A stretch of 64,000 nucleotides of DNA, from positions 12,028,001 to 12,092,000 of the forward strand of contig OZ365112.1 of the NCBI GenBank assembly GCA_977030845.1, written 5' to 3'. Under the pieces are notes generated by a model. The model saw only the letters and a list, made by a program, of their open reading frames with translations. It searched no databases and was not told the origin of the DNA. This document shows positions 48,405 to 58,542 of this stretch, piece by piece (position 1 is the stretch's first letter; each line of letters opens with the position of its first letter). The DNA comes from Fimbriosthenelais zetlandica (lineage: Eukaryota). The position numbers and the translations under genes were made by a program.

Positions 48405-51242
48405 CTGAAAGATAAAAATCAAATTTGATAAAAATTCTGCTTTGAGATTGCGGACTCCAGGGCTCAGAATAATCTTTAGATCTACATTAACTTGGAAAGG
48501 GAAAAAAAGTTTTAGTAATTCAACTTCCACATTTCCCAGACAATGAGACATTCCAGTTAATAAGCTATGTACTAAATGGTCTCACCATTCTTAGGTAAAT
48601 CTACACAGTCATATTAGCAAGGAAGATAAAATGTCCTTCTCAGATAAAATGGATACTTCATAGCGATGAGAGCTCTCAGTGGCCATTTCTGTATTACTAT
48701 TAGATTCTATATTAGGAGTGCCGACTGGTGGGGGAAAAGAGAACTACTCACCCAGACAAGCGCGTATTTAAATTGAGCCACCATGGTTCGGTGAATAACA
48801 TGACACTGGAAATAAAAAACCATTATTTCATTAATCAACAATTTATAAATATTGATTTATTTCAATTATCTCAGGTATATCAACTTAATTTTTCCACAAA
48901 ATTTAACAGTTGGTTATATCAAATGGTTCAGGGATGAATGTCATATCAATGGTTGCCAGCTGAACGACCATAAATACAAATAATAAACGAGATATTTTAT
49001 TTTATATTCTTAGAATTTAAAATTAATTTAAAATAATGTACTGACCACATGCTCGACACTTGCTCCTGTCCTCAGGATGAGGCCGTCCTCAAAGTCCGGG
49101 CGAGCTCCTCGCTTCTTGGTGTAGACTCGTATCAAGGCCAGCATCTCCCACATCACTTCTAACATGTAGTCCAGGTTCAGCTTCAAGTTACAACTAAAAT
49201 GGAAAATTGTTTTAAATAGTTTTTTTCACTCAGGAGGAGCTATGGTGAACATAGGTGTCCAAACTAAAGCAATACCCACCTAACAACAACACTAAACGGC
49301 ATCCTGGCTATCCGGTCAACCTCCTCGATAGAAATCTGATCTATCTTATTGTAAACCTGTGATATAAGACAGAGATAACCAGTTAAAATCTTAATTATAA
49401 TTAACATGATTCTACATACGTACTGTGAAATATGTACATGTTGGATCATTGATATATTTCAATATTTTATACTGAATTTCAAATTTTTGGCTGCAATAGA
49501 AATCTAAATCATACTTACATATAGACATGGTAAGTAAACTCTATTGCCAACAAGGACATCGATAAATTCATCTGGTGTAGCATCTTCTCGGAAAAGCACC
49601 TCGGCGTTGAATATTTCTAATGAAAGTTAAGGATTTGTAGGGAATACAAATGTACACCTGTGGAACGTATAGGTTCCAATTCGGAATTGATTTCCTCAAT
49701 GAAATGTATATATTTTAATCTACAAGCTTTGGGGCTTAATTAGAATTGATTTTAAGGATACTATATTCGTGTAGAATCAGTTGGACCAGCTTCTCACTGC
49801 ACTTTGTCAGTGGAAGAGTCGAGTTAAATGATATACCGCCTCCCTTCTTTTGCTGTAAAAGTAAAGACATGATAACGTTATAACAAATAGATGTCTACTG
49901 GAACAAAATATCTGATGACATATCCATAAATATTTTTTGAAATAATTTAAGATCATTTTAAAATATAAATATTTACCTTGAAATATATATTTGGTTTCTC
50001 TTTGTTGAGTCTAATTCCAACACTTTCCAATTCCTTCTCTAGCAAGTCCCTGCAAAACGATTTGAAGATGACTTAAATTTCAAGTACCGGTACATAGAAC
50101 ATATTATCATTCCTGAAGAAATTCCAAAAGATCCAAATCAATTATAATTTGACTGGATGATGAGCCTGACCTGTGGACATCTTTCTTGGTGGCATCTAAC
50201 ATCATGAAAACAAGATCAGCTGTTCTGGCGACGGCGATGACTTGACGACCGCGACCCTTTCCTGCAGGTAAATGGAGATCACTTTAATCATCAATTCATC
50301 ATTCTTAAGGAGCAGATATCTCTGCCATTAGCTAATAATTTATTACAGTCAGAATCTGTGGTCTCTCACCTTGGGCAGCACCCTCAATGATTCCTGGTAA
50401 GTCAAGCAGTTGGACGTTGGCACCTTTGTACTGTAAGAAAAATGGTTTGAATGTATATGAAGGAATGCATTTGAAAATGTGTGTAATGTTTAGCATACCA
50501 CAAAAATTATATTAAATAATTTTGTGACATTTTACCTTTTATTACTATAATTTTACTTACTTCTATGACACCAGGGATGCATGTGAGGGTTGTAAACTCA
50601 TAGTTAGCTGATTCACTGTGAGTCGATGTCAGTGTGTTTAACAAGGTGGACTGAAAAGACAAAAATTATCATTAAACACAGGATCAGTATCTAGTACCGG
50701 TACATTGTACTCTCCAAATTAAAAATCTGATTGGCAAAAAACTAATACATCCATTGATTTAGGTTCTGTTACTTGCCTTGCCGACTGAAGGAAAACCTAT
50801 GAGTGCCACTCGGGCGTCTCCCGATTTCATAACATCAAAACCTTCCCCCTGAAACAAAGGTGAGCAATTATCAACGTACAGATAAGCAGTAAAACGTGTA
50901 TAATCAATATAATTTGGGGTATAAAATATCATATACAGTAGGTACAGATACCTTTTGACCGGACTTTGATGTAGGTTCAAGAAGTTGAGCTCTGTATTTG
51001 GCCAACTTAGCTTTGAGTAAACCCAAATGGTACTCAGTTGCTGAAAGATGAAGGTGTATATTAGGATATCGAATTCAAAAGGCTAAATTATAATTCTGAA
51101 TATTTATGGAACCATAAATAATCTTAGACTAAGAGGAAATTGTCACATTATGATGTCAGAACAGAGAATTCATTTTACCTTTGTTTTTCTGGGTTCGGGC
51201 TATTTCCCTCTCGATCTCTCCGATTTTCTCGAGGATCCCCAT
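48318..51242 (-). CDS. DRG2: Developmentally-regulated GTP-binding protein 2 (OBG-family GTPase with C-terminal TGS domain); 13 coding exons, 1095 nt, 364 aa
   Basis: Exons in transcript order: 51242-51179, 51040-50952, 50848-50777, 50650-50561, 50430-50370, 50261-50171, 50049-49977, 49852-49762, 49616-49519, 49356-49280, 49193-49046, 48805-48752, 48404-48318. All phases join. Translation [44 protein letters not shown]...; G1 GFPSVGKST, G2 YEFTTL, G3 DLPG, G4 NKID; ends [18 protein letters not shown]. The MGILEKI start and length fit DRG2 rather than DRG1. Confidence 0.97.
48752..48805 (-). CDS. DRG2: DRG2 coding exon 12 ([18 protein letters not shown])
   Basis: tttatttccag| acceptor, |gtgagt donor; 54 nt; TGS domain. 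Confidence 0.95.
49046..49193 (-). CDS. DRG2: DRG2 coding exon 11 ([50 protein letters not shown])
   Basis: ttttag| acceptor, |gtcagt donor; 148 nt. Confidence 0.95.
49280..49356 (-). CDS. DRG2: DRG2 coding exon 10 ([25 protein letters not shown])
   Basis: Matches ORF track 49264..49449; G4 motif NKID; donor |gtgggt. Confidence 0.96.
49519..49616 (-). CDS. DRG2: DRG2 coding exon 9 ([33 protein letters not shown])
   Basis: U12-type acceptor region, |gtaagt donor; 98 nt. Confidence 0.95.
49617..49761 (-). other. DRG2: U12-type (minor spliceosome) GT-AG intron of DRG2, 145 nt
   Basis: 5' end GTATCCTT; branch site TCCTTAAC at 49633-49626; only 9 nt (tttcattag) from there to the 3' splice site; no extended polypyrimidine tract. 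Confidence 0.95.
49762..49852 (-). CDS. DRG2: DRG2 coding exon 8 ([30 protein letters not shown])
   Basis: ttttacag| acceptor, followed by the U12-type donor |GTATCCTT; 91 nt. Confidence 0.95.
49977..50049 (-). CDS. DRG2: DRG2 coding exon 7 ([25 protein letters not shown])
   Basis: cag| acceptor, |gtaaat donor; 73 nt. Confidence 0.95.
50171..50261 (-). CDS. DRG2: DRG2 coding exon 6 ([30 protein letters not shown])
   Basis: ctgcag| acceptor, |gtcagg donor; 91 nt. Confidence 0.96.
50370..50430 (-). CDS. DRG2: DRG2 coding exon 5 ([20 protein letters not shown])
   Basis: ttcttacag| acceptor, |gtgaga donor; G3 motif DLPG. Confidence 0.96.
50561..50650 (-). CDS. DRG2: DRG2 coding exon 4 ([30 protein letters not shown])
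   Basis: tcttttcag| acceptor, |gtaagt donor; 90 nt. Confidence 0.96.
50651..50776 (-). other. DRG2: GC-AG intron of DRG2, 126 nt
   Basis: AAG|GCAAGT donor is required to keep GK-ST of the P-loop in frame; the GT 4 nt downstream would frameshift. Confidence 0.9.
50777..50848 (-). CDS. DRG2: DRG2 coding exon 3 ([24 protein letters not shown])
   Basis: Matches ORF track 50759..50980; ends at AAG|gcaagt (GC donor); 72 nt. Confidence 0.96.
50952..51040 (-). CDS. DRG2: DRG2 coding exon 2 ([30 protein letters not shown])
   Basis: cag| acceptor, |gtatct donor; 89 nt. Confidence 0.96.
51179..51242 (-). CDS. DRG2: DRG2 coding exon 1 ([21 protein letters not shown])
   Basis: ATG at 51242 in caaaATG context; donor G|gtaaaa; 64 nt. 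Confidence 0.96.
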
Positions 51243-51326
51243 TTTGACACCTTGCCTTTACTCTCGATCAATGTATGAATACACTCCCCGTCCTACTCCT
51301 AGCCAGTACGGTACGGTAGGTCTGTA

Positions 51327-51628
51327 CTGTAGAAATAAAATCCTAGGCTTAGATTTATTTTAGAGTCATGAATAAGTAAATTAAAAAACAAAAAGACCTC
51401 TATAGTGCTTTGTAGACACATGACTTTGTGTTGTGTCATATTTTTAATGTAACAGGGATATCAAAATGACACTGCTTCTATCTAAACCTGGGAGAGACAG
51501 GCCGGCTAGACGTACATATGCCTATTTGACCTATTATCGCTCATGGTAACACGTTTCATTCTCTACAACATAGATCAGTGAATGTGACGGACTAGTAAGA
51601 CTGGGTAAAGATTAAATCTCTCTATTAC
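51327..51628 (-). other. DRG2: Probable 5'UTR intron of DRG2 (non-coding first exon ends at 51629)
   Basis: CCAAG|gtaata donor and ttttatttctacag| acceptor; no upstream ATG in either predicted UTR segment. Confidence 0.6.
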
Positions 51629-51719
51629 CTTGGAAAGATGTCAAAATACGACCAGTAGCCCTTATTTCGGGTCGTCCCGGGCCTTTTTTTCCCTGTTTTC
51701 GCTCGTGTTTTTGCCAACA

Positions 51720-51796
51720 CAGCTGCTCCCACTTCCGCTCAGTTCGCGAGGCACTCTGGGTACCGGAAGTGGATGAAAGTCAGCAGCAGATGAAAC
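51720..51796. promoter_or_regulatory. Compact bidirectional promoter shared by DRG2 (-) and COX11 (+)
   Basis: CpG-rich patch with opposed ETS-type sites CACTTCCG (51730-51737) and CCGGAAGTG (51763-51771) around a TCGCGA palindrome (51744-51749); the two genes diverge from here. Confidence 0.8.
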
Positions 51797-51817
51797 ATGT
51801 TGCCCTTCATGTCTTTG
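51797..51817 (+). CDS. COX11: COX11 exon 1 CDS (MLPFMSL)
   Basis: aaacATG context; TTG|gtaagt donor in phase 0, matching exon 2. Confidence 0.8.
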
Positions 51818-54800
51818 GTAAGTTTCTAATTTGTGTTAGATTATGGAAATAATAACTATAATTGCTCGTTAGGTCCTGCACATTAAGGTGGGTAGATTAC
51901 GTATTCGTGTTCATCAACGTGGTTCTTTTATCAGGGTTGTTTTTATTGCCTCGTGTTGAACCGCCTGAGCGATAATATGGTGTTTACCGGTATTGCACTT
52001 TATGTAACCATTCAGTCTTAGACATAGTGTGGGACTTACTTGCGAGTTAGTAATTGACTTTATGGTGTGAATGTAGGATGATAGGCACAATGTAAGACAG
52101 TTTGTAAGATTTCATATTTGTGGTCGTCAATGTGGTTGCAGAGTTGCATCTTGAGCAATAATGTGGTGTTTATTGCACTTTACTTTGTACCGGGTAACCA
52201 TTCGTAGCCTACTGTGCACTTGGTGATGGTGTGAATATAGTACATTTGTAGCATGGTAGGTAAAATGTAAGATAGTTTGTAAAGTATGAAATAAACCTAG
52301 TGAAAAATTTAGGTCTGAAGAAGACTAAGTAAGGAAATATGGTCCACGACCACGTGTAGGCCACACTCCGCACAGTGGCGCTCCGGTACACTACTACTCT
52401 AGAGATAGTGACATTACTTGGAACTAGTATTCAATGACTTGGTGCCATCTAATGGAAATGTGACATATTGTTTCAATGAATTTACCAATGATTTCCAATT
52501 GACAGCTCAGTCCAACTCTTACGTCTAAATCTAAGATTGAATTCTATCAAAATAAAAATATATGGAGTAATCTATTGACTGTTGGATTTAGATCTACTGG
52601 GTGTTACCTTTCCATTATTGCCACGATAATTTATATTCCCTGAACTTGGTGTCCATAATTTTTTTTAACTTCAAGTCTTGTAATATCAAATGAGTTTATG
52701 ACATCTATTTTGTTTCACAGGTGTGTCCCAGGATGGTATCTTTGCCAGCCCTTCAGAGATTATCATGCACTTCTCAAGTCACAAGAATTCCCTGCCAATT
52801 TCCACGAAATATTCATCAATTACAAGCCAAGGCTTCCAACTCCATATTCTCAAAATCTCATCTGTGCAATGGAACAAAATCCACTTGGGTACTTTCAGAA
52901 GTCAAGTACCCATTCAGGTTCCTTCAAACACAAGCTAGGGTTTTGTATAAATTTCAAACTCCATCAGTAATAAATGGGGTACATACAATATTTTACCGGC
53001 AAGTTTCTGGTTCTGGAAATAGTCAAGCCAATAAGACGTCCATCATCTATATCGCAGCTATTGGTATATTTATGGTGGGGGCCGCCTATGCTGGTGTACC
53101 GCTCTACAGAATGTTCTGCCAGGTAAGATCTCTCACCATCCCTTTTTCTCCACTAAAGATTCTTCAGATCAGAAATGTTATTTAGATAAAGATTTTATTG
53201 CTCAGATTATTTGAAAAATATAATTTCTCTGACACTAGAGGTCACCAGTGCTCCAGGTGCCTCCTATACCCTATAATTAAACATATTAAATTATATGATC
53301 ACATCAATAATTCTGAATATCCCATAACTCAAAAACTGAACATAATCTGTTATAAATCTGGCTTCCCTGTATGAAAGAAATAATTATTTAAATAATGTCT
53401 TTCAGTCGTCAGGATTGGGAGGCCAGGCTGTAGCGGGACATGACACCTCCAAGATAACCACCATGGCTCCTGTCAAAGACCGTCAGTTGACTATCAAATT
53501 TAATGCTGATACCGCTTCCAGTATGAAATGGAACTTCAAACCCCAGCAGGCTGAAGTCCTGGTAAGATATATTAATTTATATTATTCAAGAATAAATGAA
53601 AATAAAGCATAAAGTATACATGTAAATGGACCAAAAATATATCATTTTCATTTTGTTTCCTGATAAATGCAAGAGATTTGCAAGAATGCCATTATAAAAT
53701 ATGAAATTATTAGTCTAAATTTGTTTTTTTTTTCATTCAGGTTGTCCCCGGTGAAACTGCTCTTGCCTTCTACACAGCTAGGAACCCAACAGACAAACCC
53801 ATTATAGGAATCTCTACATATAACGTCATCCCTTTCGAGGCAGGGCAATATTTCAATAAAATTCAGGTGAGTAAATCAATAATCACCTTTTATATCAGTT
53901 AGTTTTACATGGTCCTATGTTACATATACTAAGGTACTTGTAAAGAATAGCCAGACCCAGAATAGCCTCACCGGGACAGATCCTTCGTATAGTTGGTGGT
54001 AGTCATTTTAGTTTGCGAGTAAACCACTAGGTGGTGCCACTGCGCCAATGCCTCTCCATTTTGGCTGAATCTAATACCCTCGTCCAATCATTTCTAAACA
54101 CCTTAATTTAAAATTGAATCAAAGCTGCCTCTTGCAGAACGGTAGAGGTAGTTAAAATATCCCTACCCACATACATACAATAGACCATGAGACCGTATTT
54201 AAATTATTTTTTTTAAAGAAGGAAAAACATTTACACCTGGTTGTAACTTTTGAACCTCACCTGATATCACAGTCTCTGTGTCTGCATCTAGTAGCTACTG
54301 ATCACTATCTCTAAAACAATCTTTTGTATCTAATTTTTTATTCATCATTTGCTTAAATTACTCTTTTTCGTGCATTCGGGCCATTTCAACAAAATATCAA
54401 TATATCATTCCAGGTCCATTGTCCGCATTATTTTGTATAAATCTTTTATTGAAGTTAACTGTAGGAAAACAGGGATAAACTAAGATTACATTTGGGTGGA
54501 ATGTGACCTAAGTTGTAACAAATCTGTAAACCAAGTTCAATCCCATTTATTGATAACATCAGGAAGGAAGAGTGCGGGTGTCATGGAGGTGATTTCCACA
54601 TTTTGCGGGTAACCACATAAACGGACATCCTATGACACCCTCCCCCTTCACCCCCTACTCCCACCCAACCTCATCCCATCTTCATCCAGGGCTTTATATC
54701 CACGGAAATCAGATGTGAAACATCTAAAGATTACAGACTATGAGAGGGTCTGTTTGTTTGCTTGACCCGACCGCGGACATGAATGACATTAGCAACACTT

Positions 54801-57800
54801 AGAATAAACACCTCATAGAAATCTAGTCCCCGGGTAAGAAGCAAATCCCAAAAAATAAAACCATTAAAAAAATACACGGATGAAGGATATTGAAACGCAC
54901 CTCACGATCAGGATCTTCATTCAAATGATGTTTCAATAGACTAAGCTTCTTGAATATAAAATTTCCTTTTAAAGCCTGTTCCTGACTTCCCCTTATCCCT
55001 ACTTGCCTCTTATTCCATTCATTCCCAAAGACATTCAAGAAAGTCATGCTTTTCAGAACGTATCAATAGAGACACGATTCTAACTTTAACCCTCCTGCCA
55101 CAGGGTTATTTTGGCCATGTTTGTAAGCATGAGGAAGAGAGGGCATTTTAAGTGAAGCGTGACCACTGGCTATTGTATGATGGTCTTGTCACAGTCTATT
55201 TAACCCGCTCTCTCTACGTGTAACACCCCCCCCCACCCCCCACCCAAAATATAAAACACGTAGAGAAGACCACGACAATTACCATCACGCTTCCTTCATT
55301 CCTATACATACAGTTCTCATAATTAATGCCACGTCTTCTCTAAATAGAAATACCTTACGGTGCAATATGATATGAATGTCACAATATATTCCTCCACCTC
55401 TGCTGGGAACAGGACTTCTTTCACGACCCAGTCTGTAATGACCAAATTACAACTAGACATCCTGGTTCGATATTGTGGTAGCCTGGGACATTTTCATGTC
55501 TCTTTTATATTTATGAATATATTTACCCCGTCTTTCGTGAGATGAGGCAATTTTATACACATGAAGGGGTCCTATACGGCTTTCTCATATACATCATATG
55601 ATTTTTCAAATATGTAACTAGACATCTTTCTAAAAATGCATTCCGCTTAATAACACCAAGAGGTATGTAATGAATTCCAGTAGGGAAGAATGTATTTTAC
55701 AAAATACTCTCGAAAGGGTCCATACCCCTGACAAGCCCCTTCATTAACTAATCTATGCATTTTAATATATTCTCTTCAATCTTGGCCATTATCGATTCAT
55801 ATTCTTAAAAATACGTTCCATGTGATGACACTAGAGGATGCCATAAACTCCGATAGGGAAGAAATAAAATTCTACACGGATAATTCTAGATAGGGCTCAT
55901 GCCCCAGCCCAGTACATGATATTTTCCTCGTTGAGTTCGTGTCCAGATGCTGATTAGACATAACAGTATCGTGCATGTGTCACGCTTGGTTTACTAAGTG
56001 ACGACTTTCAAATGTCACGCTCCAACCATGAGTAATACCCTAGGAATAACCCCAATAAGTGGGGTGAGATGAGGATTAGTACCCTAAAATCAATAAACAT
56101 TAGGGACATTATTGAGGGTACTTCACTCGTCACGATTAACCCTCAGTTAAAGGGTGAATAATGGTCTACAAATGGTTAATTGTGTTATATTCAGCCTGAC
56201 GAATATTGGTCTAAAATGGTTTAATTAAAAATATTTAATGATGCCTAGCGTTTATATGATGCTCCACTCCCTTTTGAAACCACTGGGAATATTATGGAAT
56301 ATCATACACGGTAATGTTTAAATCTGTTTATAAACAGCGGAATCAAATCCTTTGCAGGAGTGCTAGGTGACAAAGTTATGAAATTAAATCATTTCCCCTC
56401 TTCTCTGAATTTGAACCCCTGGTGCCCTTTCATGTTCCGGGATGTTTGATATCATCTGATTTCATTTCCAGGTCTATATGGCGTCATTTATTAAAACACC
56501 CACAAACACAAACCTTAAGATTACTTGTCACTCTAACTTTAACCATTTGCCATGGGAGGACTGTCAGATGCCATGTAAAAACAAGGCATCTTTTTACATT
56601 TTTCTATCATTCAAATTACTAAACGGGCCGTGACGCCTGTACGCCTCGAGATTCACCACTTTCATGGAGAGAGAAAAACACATTTTATCTTTTTTCGATC
56701 TACATGATCCAGAATTTGCTTTGCTTTTGTGATTCTACCCCTTGATGCTAGAGCTTCTAAGTCAAAGTCAATAGTGTTTTATATACCGGAGTAAAGGCTG
56801 ATAGATCTATGTGTCTTAACGTATGTTTGAATCCGGTCGAGGGACGTGGGTTGTGTGTGGGGGAGGGGGTGGAGAAAAAACGAATGGATTGGTTGCCTTG
56901 GACATCACAAGTGGGTCATATATAATAAATAGGATTTGGGGCCCAGTGTCAGCAGGGCTAAAGGAGATGCCCAAAAGCTTTCCTTAAATTTGTATTCATG
57001 AGGGGAATATTTATTCAGAGTTTCCTAAAAATGATGATGAGAAAATGTCTCAGTTATTGCAAAGAAAACTGTCCACAGAGGGGCAGATAGATATGAGAAA
57101 TATATCCAGAGATAGGGCATAATTATTTAAATATCCCATTTATTGGGCATATATTGGCATTTATTGGGCATATTTAAGATACTTTACCATTGAAAGGGAC
57201 TGGGAATAGAAAGATAACTTTTGCGAGAAATAATCTCGACCTTGATAGGCAGTGAGGTATGAATATATATGGTGGTTCCAGTCAATGTGGCCAGACCCCA
57301 TCAAAGCTCGCCTACATTTCACACGACCTCCACATATAATTAACCTGCCTACCCTCCATGTCTCTATTACAACCATGCCTGTTTATCATGACTACCAAAA
57401 GAAAAAGAAAAATCAATTTAAAAAAAAAATCATGACATGAATGCTGATATGTTCGTCCCCCTTCTCTATTATCGAGTTTGAGTATTTTAGCAATAGGGGT
57501 CCAGTGTATAGTCTAGTGCTATTAAGTATTTAACTTCATTGAACAATCTCTCTAGGCTAGGTCTAACTAGGTACATGTACGGTGGTTTAGGAAAATTGCT
57601 TTGATATCTGGAAAATTGTTGAATTCAAATAATTGAATTTTTTTAAAGCATGTAAAAAGATAGCATTTACCAAAACTTGGCAGTATAAATTGCTCAATTT
57701 TTAACCCTCAGGGCATTAGAACTGTCGGGGAATCGCATGTCACCCATGCATAACGGACTTTAACCCTCGAAGACCCATAGCTCCGGGTTAATGATATGCC

Positions 57801-58542
57801 TAGATTCAGACAAACACTCGACTTGTACATCTATAATGACACTGATGGCAGCTTAATCTGAATGGCTTCCCATTCCACACTCCTGCCAAGTGAGAGCCCA
57901 CATTGTCCTTGATGTCATAGTTTGACAAGGTAGAAAATGATTAAATTAGGCTTGACGGTCAGGATTTATTTCACGCCCTGGTTTGTCTTCAAAACCACGA
58001 GAACAAAATAAGCTGATGGCACTCTTCCTGTCTGTATTGGATCAAAAATTAGGTTTTTCCATAGTTTTCCTCCCCAAATGTTGATTAGCCCCGGGTTCAA
58101 AGGAAATTATTAAATTTCCTAGGGACTATTGTTTCTAAGATTTCCATTCTGAAGCTAGTTCTGAAAATTAAAAAGATTTTGAAAATAGACTGATTAGATA
58201 AGTGCAGGGGTGAATCAATGAATGTGTATTTCTGTAAGAGAGAATTGCCTGGACAGTCCAGCCGTGAGTCCATGTCGTGAGAGGGTGACAAATAGAGCAT
58301 AGCTGACGACCTCATGTAGCATGGGAGGATTCACCTTTAGTTCCCCCTCCTATATTCCTCATTTAGATACAATAGGTACACAAATCACGATATTTCATGT
58401 TAAAAATATACACCGTTACCATTCACTACCTTTCCTTTCATAAGAGACATTTTCGAGCAGAAAATTAATTTAAATTTTAAATTATTTTTTGTCTTTTCAG
58501 TGCTTTTGCTTTGAAGAGCAACGGCTTAATCCACACGAGCAG
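51797..58542 (+). CDS. COX11: Cytochrome c oxidase copper chaperone COX11 (CtaG/Cox11 family); 3'-incomplete in this window
   Basis: Exons 51797-51817, 52721-53122, 53406-53561, 53741-53866, 58501-58542, all phase 0. Contains the TM segment IIYIAAIGIFMVGAAYAGVPLYRMFCQ, FNADTASSMKWNFKPQQ, VVPGETALAFYTARNPTDKPIIGISTYNV and the copper-binding CFCF motif. The expected last exon (VDMPVFFYIDPEF-like) was not found before 64000. Confidence 0.96.
51979..52283. repeat. Diverged tandem duplication (period about 186 bp) in COX11 intron 1
   Basis: Shared blocks in the same order: GGTGTTTA, TTGCACTTTA, GTAACCATTC, ATGGTGTGAAT, AATGTAAGAYAGTTTGTAA at about 51979-52108 and 52165-52283. Confidence 0.75.
52721..53122 (+). 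CDS. COX11: COX11 exon 2: mitochondrial presequence-like region plus TM anchor
   Basis: tgtttcacag| acceptor, CAG|gtaaga donor; 402 nt; rich in R/K/S/T and nearly free of acidic residues, then AAYAGVPLYRMFCQ. Confidence 0.95.
53406..53561 (+). CDS. COX11: COX11 exon 3 (SSGLGGQAVAGHDTSKITTMAPVKDRQLTIKFNADTASSMKWNFKPQQAEVL)
   Basis: tctttcag| acceptor, |gtaaga donor; 156 nt. Confidence 0.96.
53741..53866 (+). CDS. COX11: COX11 exon 4 (VVPGETALAFYTARNPTDKPIIGISTYNVIPFEAGQYFNKIQ)
   Basis: tttcattcag| acceptor, |gtgagt donor; 126 nt. Confidence 0.96.
58501..58542 (+). CDS. COX11: COX11 exon 5 (CFCFEEQRLNPHEQ)
   Basis: gtcttttcag| acceptor, CAG|gtaagt donor; 42 nt; Cox11 copper-binding CFCF motif. 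Confidence 0.95.

Noticed and set aside
48645-48660. GTATCCATT on the minus strand as a second U12 donor in DRG2 intron 12
   Set aside because: Not at an exon boundary and deviates from RTATCCTT; intron 12 has a canonical GTGAGT donor
56688-56720. FFDLHDPEFA resembling the missing COX11 last exon (FFYIDPEFA)
   Set aside because: Lies upstream of the CFCF exon, has no matching flanks and hits a stop within three codons; treated as chance
57701-57791. TTAA-CCC...GGG-TTAA piggyBac-like miniature element (similar pattern near 30878-30930)
   Set aside because: Terminal identity is only 3-4 bp beyond TTAA; too weak without other copies
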